Part shown: one piece after another, positions 54,065 through 64,000 of the stretch | How positions within the stretch are numbered: the stretch's first letter is position 1 | Layout: each line of letters begins with the position of its first letter | NCBI GenBank assembly: GCA_964016885.1 | Contig: OZ024766.1 | Span: 3,782,001 to 3,846,000, forward strand | Source: Eledone cirrhosa | Taxonomy: Eukaryota | DNA: 64,000 nt | Direction: 5' to 3' | The notes under the pieces: model-generated | The model's input: only the letters and a program-made list of their open reading frames with translations | The model's database searches: none | Told to the model about the DNA's origin: nothing | Program-made: the position numbers and the translations under genes

Positions 54065-55352
54065 ACGTCAGAAAACAGCACAGCTCCCATGACTTTCGGA
54101 AACATTTTTTCACGAGTTGCTGAAGCATGGAACAAACTACCTGCATCAGTTGTTAGCTGTCGAGACACTGCATCCTTTAAAACCTCCATGGAACAAACTA
54201 CCTGTGTCGGTTGTTAGCTGTCGAGACACTGCATCCTTTAAAACCTCCATGGAACAAACTCCCTGCATCAGTTGTTAGCTGTCGAGACACTGCATCATTT
54301 AAAATCTCCATGGAACAAACTACCTGCATCAGTTGTTAGCTGTCGAGACACTGCATCCTTTAAAACCTCCATGGAACAAACTACCTGCATCAGTTGTTAG
54401 CTGTCGAGACACTGCATCCTTTAAAACCTCCATGGAACAAACTCCCTGCATCAGTTGTTAGCTGTCGAGACACTGCATCCTTTAAAACCTCCATGGAACA
54501 AACTCCCTGCATCAGTTGTTAGCTGTCGAGACACTGCATCCTTTAAAACCTCCATGGAACAAACTACCTGCATCAGTTGTTAGCTGTCGAGACACTGCAT
54601 CCCTTAAAACCTCCATGGAACAAACTACCTGCATCAGTTATTAGCTGTCGAGACACTGCATCCTTTAAAACCTCCATGGAACAAACTACCTGCATCAGTT
54701 GTTAGCTGTCGAGACACTGCATCCTTTAAAACCTCCATGGAACAAACTACCTGCATCAGTTGTTAGCTGTGGAGACACTGCATCCTTTAAAACCTCCATG
54801 GAACAAACTACCTGCATCAGTTGTTAGCTGTGGAGACACTGCATCCTTTAAAACCTCCATGGAACAAACTACCTGCATCAGTTGTTAGCTGTCGAGACAC
54901 TGCATCCTTTAAAACCTCCATGGAACAAACTACCTGCATCAGTTGTTAGCTGTCGAGACACTGCATCCTTTAAAACCTCCATGGAACAAACTACCTGCAT
55001 CAGTTGTTAGCTGTGGAGACACTGCATCCTTTAAAACCTCCATGGAACAAACTACCTGCATCAGTTGTTAGCTGTCGAGACACTGCATCCTTTAAAACCT
55101 CCATGGAACAAACTACCTGCATCAGTTGTTAGCTGTCGAGACACTGCATCCTTTAAAACCTCCATGCTTCCTGAGATTCTCCAACACTACATCTAATATC
55201 CCCCTCCATACACATGCACACATGTATTTCATGACTCGTACACTGTTCATTTTCCTGACATTTGTACATTATTCTATGTACTATACATGCACCTTTGATG
55301 AGTTGTAGTGCACCTGAGCACTGTACAGAATAATTTCATTATTATTATTATT
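54065..55352 (+). mobile_element. CR1-group LINE 3' end with a 61-bp x17 expansion
   Basis: Same element as 50254-50956; units run 54126-55163 (1037 = 17 x 61); (ATT)n tail. Confidence 0.9.
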
Positions 55353-55462
55353 GCACGGGTATGACAGTTACATGTAAAGCCTACATTCTTAGCTAAACTC
55401 CCTGAGATCCCCTACATCTCTTATATACCATCCTAATCATCACTGTTTAACATCTATTTAAT

Positions 55463-55752
55463 GGACAGATTGTTGTGAAAATTTACAGTATTATAGTAAA
55501 GACTTTAATATTTAATGTGATGTAGTCATAGTGTTGTTTTGTACTAAATGTTTATAGTATCTTTACTGGTGGACAGATTGTTGTGAATATTTACAGTATT
55601 ACAGTAAAGACTTTAATATTTAATGTGATGTAGTCATAGTGTTGTTTTGTACTAAATGTTTATAGTATCTTTACTGGTGGACAGATTGTTGTGAATATTT
55701 ACAGTATTACAGTAAAGACTTTAATATTTAATGTGATGTAGTCATAGTGTTG
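55463..55752. repeat. 108-bp tandem repeat, about 2.7 copies
   Basis: ggacagattgttgtgaa at 55463, 55571 and 55679. Confidence 0.9.
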
Positions 55753-55861
55753 CCAAAAATAATAATAAAACACACTCACTGTATGGTTTGATTTTCGCTT
55801 CAGTGCATCTTTATATCTTTATCAATAATTTAGCTGGCAATCAATGTTTATCATTGATTGA

Positions 55862-56400
55862 CCACTGTAAAGTGGTCATGTAGTTATCACGACAAAAAGC
55901 ACACAATCCACTGTAAAGTGGTCGTGTAGGTATCACACAATCCACACTGTAAAGTGGTCGTGTAGGTATCACGACAAAAAGCACCCAGTCCACACTGTAA
56001 AGTGGTCGTGTAGGTATCACGACAAAAAGCACCCAGTCCACACTGTAAAGTGGTCGTGTAGGTATCACGACAAAAAGCACCCAGTCCACACTGTAAAGTG
56101 GTCATGTAGGTATCACGACAAAAAGCACCCAGTCCACACTGTAAAGTGGTCGTGTAGGTATCACAACAAAAAGCACCCAGTCCACACTGTAAAGTGGTCA
56201 TGTAGGTATCACGACAAAAAGCACCCAGTCCACACTGTAAATGTGGTTGGTGTTAGGAAGGGCATCCAGCCGTAGAAACCCAACCAGAAACAGTTCTGTG
56301 CCAGCGAGACAAGGTCACCCGATCAATCTTACCTCAAGTGGGACAATTCCCGTCTAACCCATGCTAGCGTGGAAGATAGACGTTAAACGATGATGATGAT
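55862..56400 (+). mobile_element. SINE/RTE 3' part (tail B) with the 48-bp module repeated about 8 times
   Basis: cactgtaaagtggtcgtgtaggtatcacgacaaaaagcacccagtcca units, then gtggttggtgttaggaagggcatccag and a (GAT)n end. Confidence 0.88.
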
Positions 56401-56610
56401 GGTGGTCAATTAATGATAAACATTGATTGCCAGCTAAATTATTGATAAAAATATATTGAACTGAAGAGAAAACCAAACAGTGTGTTTACTATATTTTCTG
56501 GCAAAATTAGGACAACTTGACCCTCCTAATATAACAATATACTGAAGTGAAAACCAAACCAGTGAGTGTGTTTTACTATTTTTTGGCAATACATGGCCCT
56601 CCCCTAATAT

Positions 56611-57640
56611 ATATACACAAATGGCAATTTCTGTCTGTTTGTGGATTTGTTTGTGAACCTAAAACTCAAAAACTACCAAACAGATCTTGATGAAGCTTGA
56701 CACCTGTGTGGGGCTCATACCCATTTGATTTCTTACATATATTTCATTTTAATCAAAGGGTTCCCCGGGGGGCTCAAACCCCCGCTGAAAATTTTTTCCC
56801 TTTGATTTATATGAAATTTAACCCATAGGTAAATGACAACATATGATGCCTATTCACCAAATTTCAATAATATTAAGACACCCTAATGGGGATTAAACCC
56901 CCCTATTAGGGTTCCCCGGAGGCACAAAACCCTGCTGAAAATGTTTTCCCTTCGATTTATATGAAATTTAAGTCATAGGTAAATGACAACATATGATCCC
57001 TATTCACAAAATTTCAGCAAATTTCAATAATATTAAGACACCCTAATGGGGGTTAAACCCCCTATAGTGAAAATTTTGGCCAATAAATGGAACAAGATTT
57101 TACGAACTCCTCCTATGGTTTTGGAGATAGACCCCCATAAGCATATATATTCTGAAACTACATTGCCCAGGGTACTTGGATAAGTATATTTCATTTTAAT
57201 CAAAGGGTTACCCGGGAGCACAAACCCCCGCTGAAAATGTTTTCCCTTCGATTTATATGAAATTTAAACCATAGGTAAATGACAACATATGATGCCTATT
57301 CACAAAATTTCAGCAAATTTCAATAATATTAAGACCCTAAAGAGGGTTAAACCCCTTATTAGGGTTCCCCCTAGGCACAAAACCCTGCTGAAAATGTTTT
57401 CCCTTCGATTTATATGAAATTTAAGCCATAAGTAAATGACAACATATGATGCCTATTCACAAAATTTCAGCAAATTTCAATAATATTAAGACCCTAAAGA
57501 GGGTTAAACCCCTTATTAGGGTTCCCCCTAGGCACAAAACCCTGCTGAAAATGTTTTCCCTTCGATTTATATGAAATTTAAGCCATAGGTAAATGACAAC
57601 ATATGATGCCTATTCACAAAAGTTTTGAAAAAAACTATTT
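56611..57640 (+). mobile_element. Possible Helentron-associated (HINE/DINE-1-like) element with 151-158 bp central repeats
   Basis: 5' ttctgtctgtttgt microsatellite seed, then aactcaaaaactac...gatgaagcttgacac; repeat units at 56758, 56909, 57206, 57362 and 57519. Confidence 0.45.
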
Positions 57641-57698
57641 ACAAGAAACAAAATAAGAATAAGATTTAATGTAATTTTGATTTGATATATTACAAAAA

Positions 57699-57879
57699 AT
57701 AATTGTTTCTACCTTTGGCACAAGGCCAACAAATACTCCAGTGTATTACTGGTACTTTATTTTATCGACCCCGTAAGGATGAAAGGCAAAGTTAACCTCG
57801 GCGGGATTTGAACTCAGAATGGCAAGGGCCGTAACTCTATGCGTCAAAGCATGGCGTCCGACCTTGCCAATCCACCCCT
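57699..57879 (-). mobile_element. SINE family B
   Basis: Reverse-complement match to 28895-29083. Confidence 0.85.
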
Positions 57880-58743
57880 GAAATTAATGTGATGTATTTT
57901 ATTGGAAATCTGGTCACGGGAGAGAGTTTAAACGATATGGCTGCTATTTCTAGCATGTACATTAACTAAGTAGTGGTTTTATGGAACCCTCCACTTCCGG
58001 ATGAGAAAAGGGGTCACGAACCGGAAGTTGGAGAGAGAGGAGAGGAAAACAGCCCCCTAATAGACAGAAAAATAGAACACAACACTACCACAACCACCAC
58101 CACCTACACCACCAACACCTACACTACCAACACCACCACTACCACAATAACAACACCACCACCACCACCACCACAACAACACTACCACCAACACCTGCAC
58201 TACCACCACCACCACTACCACAATAACAACACTACCACTACCACCACCACCAACACTACACCACCAACACCACCACAACACCACCACCACCACCAACACT
58301 ACCACAACAACACTACCACTACCACAATAACAACACTACCACCACCACTACCACAATAACAGCACTACCACTACCACCACCACCAACACTACACCACCAA
58401 CACCACCACAACACCACCACCACTGCCAACACTACCACCACCACACCACCACCACCACAACACCACCACACCACCACACACACCTCTTCGTATATACAAC
58501 TTTTCCTGTCTCCAGTCAATAAACTGTGGCCAGGCTGGGGCACCGATCGTATCGTCCCACCCAAACCCAAGTACTTAGTTTCAGTACCTTTTTTTTTTAT
58601 CGATCTCGTTACTGTCGAACCGCTAAGTTACGACACATAAACACGCATACGAAAATATATAGTGGATATACATACATATATATATATATATATATACATA
58701 CACATGTATATATACACATATATATATATATATATACATACAC

Positions 58744-58821
<78 letters not shown>

Positions 58822-58966
58822 TATTTACATACACATGTATACATATATACATACATACATGTGTATGTATGTATATATGTATGTTCATGTTTGTCCTGAA
58901 ACTTTAGGTGTGTCGTACATTTGTACGTATACATAATATATATGTAAACACACACATGTATATGTA

Positions 58967-59001
<35 letters not shown>

Positions 59002-59214
59002 TGTGTGTGTTTACATATATATATATATACGTGTGTTTACATATATATATAATTTTTTTTAATTTTTTAAAAAAAATATTTTCTTATTTTACGTCCTTTA
59101 TATTATTGTTCTGCATTCTCCTGCATTGAACCACCTAGGTACTATGACATAACCTGTGTATTTGCTGGCATGGGCGTGCATCTGTGCGCTTATGTTAGTT
59201 GATATATTAAATTA

Positions 59215-59251
<37 letters not shown>

Positions 59252-59343
59252 GTGTTTACATTATATATATATAAATATATAAGTTTATCCCGGGTAACCA
59301 CAGTAAGTAAAGTACTCAATAGAAAGCAGAGTATAAATATTTA

Positions 59344-59446
<103 letters not shown>

Positions 59447-59696
59447 TATATTTATATATAGATATATATATATATATAAAGATAGATATAGAGATAGAAA
59501 GATATATAGATATATATAGATAGATAGATAGGTATATATATATATACCTACACAGACACATATATATACACACATATGTATACACATACATATATACACA
59601 TACACACACACACATATATATACATATATATATACACATACATACACACACACACACATACATATATACACACATACACACACATATATACACACA

Positions 59697-59742
<46 letters not shown>

Positions 59743-60519
59743 CACAACATTGCACTACTAGGCCCTACAGACTATATATTACATACAGGTGCCCTCAATA
59801 TACAATAGAGACAGCAAAACACTGCATCTTGCCAAGACTCACACAGCAGCGCTCAGTTGTAATACAACAGAGACAAGTGACATACATATATATATATATA
59901 TACACAACATTGCACTACTAGGCCCTACAGACTATATATTACATACAGGTGCCCTCAATATACAATAGACACAGCAAAACACTGCATCTTGCCAAGACTC
60001 ACACAGCAGCGCTCAGTTGTAATACAACAGAGACAAGTGACATACACATATATATATATATACACAACATTGCACTACTAGGCCCTACAGACTATATATT
60101 ACATACAGGTGCCCTCAATATACAATAGAGACAGCAAAACACTGCATCTTGCCAAGACTCACACAGCAGCGCTCAGTTGTAATACAACAGAGACAAGTGA
60201 CATACATATATATATATATATACACAACATTGCACTACTAGGCCCTACAGACTATATATTACATACAGGTGCCCTCAATATACAATAGAGACAGCAAAAC
60301 ACTGCATCTTGCCAAGACTCACACAGCAGCGCTCAGTTGTAATACAACAGAGACAAGTGACATACACATATATATATATATACACAACATTGCACTACTA
60401 GGCCCTACAGACTATATATTACATACAGGTGCCCTCAATATACAATAGACACAGCAAAACACTGCATCTTGCCAAGACTCACACAGCAGCGCTCAGTTGT
60501 AATACAACAGGGACAAGTG

Positions 60520-60573
<54 letters not shown>

Positions 60574-60706
60574 CATTGCACTACTAGGCCCTACAGACTA
60601 TATATTACATACAGGTGCCCTCAATATACAACAGAGACAGCAAAAATACTGCATCTTGCCAAGACTCACACAGCAGCGCTCAGTTGTAATACAACAGAGA
60701 CAAGTG

Positions 60707-60744
<38 letters not shown>

Positions 60745-60880
60745 CATTGCACTACTAGGCCCTACAGACTATATATTACATACAGGTGCCCTCAATATAC
60801 AATAGACACAGCAAAACACTGCATCTTGCCAAGACTCACACAGCAGCGCTCAGTTGTAATACAACAGAGACAAGTGACAT
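59743..60880. repeat. About 158-190 bp tandem repeat x7 with a variable internal (TA)n
   Basis: cattgcactactaggccctacagactatat...gagacaagtgacat units. Confidence 0.95.
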
Positions 60881-60892
60881 TAATAAACAACT

Positions 60893-61606
60893 GATTCTAC
60901 TTTTGGCACAAGGCCAGCAATTACTTACCCCCCCCCCCCCGCCCTAGTGTATTACTGGTACTTTATTGTATCGACCGCCGTAAGGATGAAAGGCAAAGTC
61001 AACCTCGGCGGGATTTGAACTCAGACCGTAACTCTATGCTGCAAAGCATAGCGTCCGACCCTCTCTCTAACAATTATCTCTATCTAAACACAAGGCCAAC
61101 CAATTTTTTAATATTTATTTTTTTTTTGGGGGGGGGGGAGCAGAAGGGGGCCGGGGAGTCGATTACACCGACTGCAGTGTATTACTGGTACTTTGGTTTA
61201 CTATATCTTATCCACCCGCGTCGTAAGGATGAAAGGCGAAGCTAACCTCGCCGGGCAAGGTTTGAACTCACAACGTAAAGGGCCATAACTCTGTGCTGCT
61301 GCTGCAAAAGCACGGTGTCCCGACGACGCTCTACCGATCGATTATCGCCAATATTGTTTCTATTCAAACACAAGGCCAAAGTTGATTAAATCTAGCCCCT
61401 TCCCCCTCCCTTCCCCAGTGGCATGACTGGTACTTTATTTTATCGACCCCTGACCCCTGACCCCTACCGTAAGCTAACCTCGGCCGAATTTGAACTCAGA
61501 ACGTAAAGGGAAGCAACTAAATGCCAGCCACGGGGTATTTTGTCTGACGCTCTACCGAGTACTGCCAAAATAATTGTTGCTACATTCAGGCACAAGGCCA
61601 GCAATT
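60893..61606 (-). mobile_element. Head-to-tail array of three SINE-B copies plus a fourth tail
   Basis: cacaaggcc...actggtacttt...aacctcgg...tttgaactca repeated three times with increasing divergence. Confidence 0.8.
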
Positions 61607-61629
61607 AGGCTTTAGATGTTTACTAGGCT

Positions 61630-62110
61630 GACTATGAAGGAGTGACGCTAGAGCTGTGAAATCTTGTATGAATTAATGTCAACCCTGTTTCTTCCCAGGG
61701 ACTACGGTTGATACAAAAAAAAATAATAAACCCCCATTTGGTCAGACTATGAAGGAGTGATGCTAGATGCTAGAGCTGTGAAATCTTGTATGATTTAATG
61801 TCAACCCTGTTCCTTTCCAGGGACTAGGGTTGATACAAAAAACAATAATAAACCCCCATTTGGTCAGACTATGAAGGAGTGATGCTAGATGCTAGAGCTG
61901 TGAAATCTTGTATGATTTAATGTCAACCCTGTTTCTTTCCAGGGACTAGGGTTGATACAAAAAACAATAATAAACCCCCATTTGGTCAGACTATGAAGGA
62001 GTGATGCTAGATGCTAGAGCTGTGAAATCTTGTATGATTTAATGTCAACCCTGTTCCTTTCCAGGGACTACGGTTGATACAAAAAAAAATAATAATAAAC
62101 CCCCATTTGG
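61630..62110. repeat. 116-122 bp tandem repeat x4 with an internal hairpin
   Basis: gactatgaaggagtga starts at about 61630, 61746, 61867 and 61989. Confidence 0.95.
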
Positions 62111-62300
62111 TAATTCCATGAGAGTATCTTGGTCATAGGCTACGAACTTTCCAGCCAGCCGGCCCTCGGATATCGAGGCCAGGAGGGGGGGCGGGTCGGA
62201 CGTGAAGGGGACGATATAAAAAAAAAAAAAAAAAGAAGAAGAAGAAGAAGAAGAAGAAGAAGAAGAAGAAGAAGAAGAAGAAGAAGAAGAAGGAACTCAC

Positions 62301-62640
62301 CATCAAACAGATAGAGGTTGCGGAGTTCGCGCCTCCGCCGTTCCTCGGCCTCTCGGGCGCGATTCACCTCCACCGGGTCGCGTTTACGAAAGGCCCACAG
62401 CAGGCGCCGCTGGTTCTGCGTGACGACCGGCTCGTCGCTGGCGGCCCGCGGCCGGCTGTTGGCGTGGCCCGCCGTGGGCCCGAACCCGGTGGTGCCGCCG
62501 CCGCTACTGCCGCCGCCGCTACTACATCCAGCACCGCCCCCGTTGCCAGAGGCTCGCTGCTGTTGCTGTTGTTGTTGTTGTTGCTGTTGTTGTGTCTTTT
62601 TCTTTGATTTTTGGTCAAATAACTCCAGTATAAACTCCAT
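62301..62640 (-). CDS. Probable first coding exon of an unidentified protein (polyQ, Gly/Ser-rich linker, charged helical segment)
   Basis: ATG at 62640; MEFILELFDQKSKKKT(Q)12RASGNGGG...EPVVTQNQRRLLWAFRKRDPVEVNRAREAEERRRRELRNLYLFD; strong donor G|GTGAGT at 62301/62300 (phase 1); CpG-rich, non-repetitive codons. Confidence 0.7.
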
Positions 62641-62659
62641 AACAAACAATGAAGGAAAG

Positions 62660-62665
62660 ATAGAG

Positions 62666-62696
<31 letters not shown>

Positions 62697-63815
62697 AAGG
62701 GTAGAGAGGGAGGAACAGACAGAGAGAGAGACAGATAAAGGGTAGAGAGGGAGGAACAGACAGAGAGAGAGACAGATAAAGGGTAGAGAGGGAGGAACAG
62801 ACAGAGAGAGAGACAGATAAAGGGTAGAGAGGGAGTAACAGAGAGAGAGAGAGAGAGACACGGGCAGATCTGTCGGGAGGGATTGTGGGACAGTGTGATC
62901 GAGAGAGGAAGACGGCGGTGGTGGGGACTGGTTCTAGTGTCGTGGTGGTGGTGGTGGTGGTGACTGGGTCTGCTGTGGTGGTGGTGGTGGTGGTGGTGAC
63001 TGGGTCTGCTGTGGTGGTGGTGGTGGTGGTGGTGACTGGTTCTACTGTGGCGGTGATGGTGGTGACGGGGACTGGTTCTAGTGTGGTGGTGATGGTGGTG
63101 GTGACGGGGACTGGTTCTAGTGTGGTGGTGATGGTGGTGACGGGGACTGGTTCTAGTGTGGTGGTGGTGGTGACGGGGACTGGTTCTAGTGTGGTGGTGA
63201 TGGTGGTGGTGACGGGGACTGGTTCTAGTGTGGTGGTGGTGGTGGTGACTGGTTCTACTGTGGTGGTGGTGGTGGTGGTGGTGACTGGGTCTGCTGTGGT
63301 GGTGGTGGTGGTGACTGGGTCTACAGTCGTGGTGGTGGTGGTGGTGGTGACTGGGTCTACAGTCGTGGTGGTGGTGGTGGTGGTGACTGGGTCTAAAGTA
63401 GTGATGGTGGTGGGGACGGCGTCTACAGTGGTGGTGGTGGCGGGGACTGGTTCTAAAGTAGTGATGGTGGTGGGGACGGCGTCTACAGCGGTGGTGGTGG
63501 TGGTGGCTCGGTCTACAGTGGTGGTGGGGACGGCGTCTACAGTGGTGGTGGGGATGGTGATGGTGTGGGGGTGGTGGTGACGGGCACTGGATGTTGAGTG
63601 GAAGGAGGGAAGGAGGCATACAGAGATAATAAGAAATGGGATGGGGTTCTATGACGCTGGTGGTGGCGGTGGTGGCGGCGGTTGGCGGGGGGGGGGGGGG
63701 GGCAATTGCCGGGGATGGGACAGAGAGAGAGATGGAAATAGTGATAAAGAAATAGTTAGAGAGGGGGAGGAAAGTTACACAAATATATATATAGAGAGAG
63801 AGAGAGACATAGAGA

Positions 63816-63863
<48 letters not shown>

Positions 63864-63888
63864 CACATATATATATATAGAGAGAGAC

Positions 63889-63919
<31 letters not shown>

Positions 63920-64000
63920 TATATATATATAGAGAGAGAGGAGAGAGAGAGAGGAGAGAGAGAGACATATATATATATATAGAGAGACATATATATATAT
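62660..64000. repeat. GA-rich 38-bp repeats, GGT-rich 30-36 bp repeats and TA/GA microsatellites
   Basis: Direct reading. Confidence 0.9.

Noticed and set aside
61630-62110. Hammerhead in the 120-bp tandem unit
   Set aside because: GAAA...TA is present but there is no CTGANGA core
62318-62704. Plus-strand 128-aa ORF with polyCys
   Set aside because: Antisense shadow of the minus-strand exon, which has the ATG and splice donor

Overview
This is eukaryotic, repeat-saturated DNA with no prokaryotic features (no operon, CRISPR array or rRNA). The SINE, RTE, CR1 and MITE repertoire looks molluscan, probably octopus-like cephalopod (inference, not database-checked). Almost every ORF in the track is an artefact of microsatellites or minisatellites. 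One credible coding exon lies on the minus strand at 62640-62301 (polyQ/Gly-rich, GTGAGT donor); the rest is plausibly its large intron or intergenic DNA. Two systems stand out. (1) About ten minimal type-I hammerhead ribozyme (HHR) motifs of several families sit in short islands within or beside microsatellite tracts, mostly (TA)n. Several lie in fold-back palindromes whose axis is at or beside the ribozyme, as expected for Penelope-like element (PLE) pseudo-LTR or retrozyme-like relics. (2) Many minisatellites were born inside SINEs, LINEs and MITEs whose unexpanded parents are also in the window. One 48-49 bp SINE/RTE module was amplified at four separate loci. Coordinates were read by eye and may be off by a few bases.
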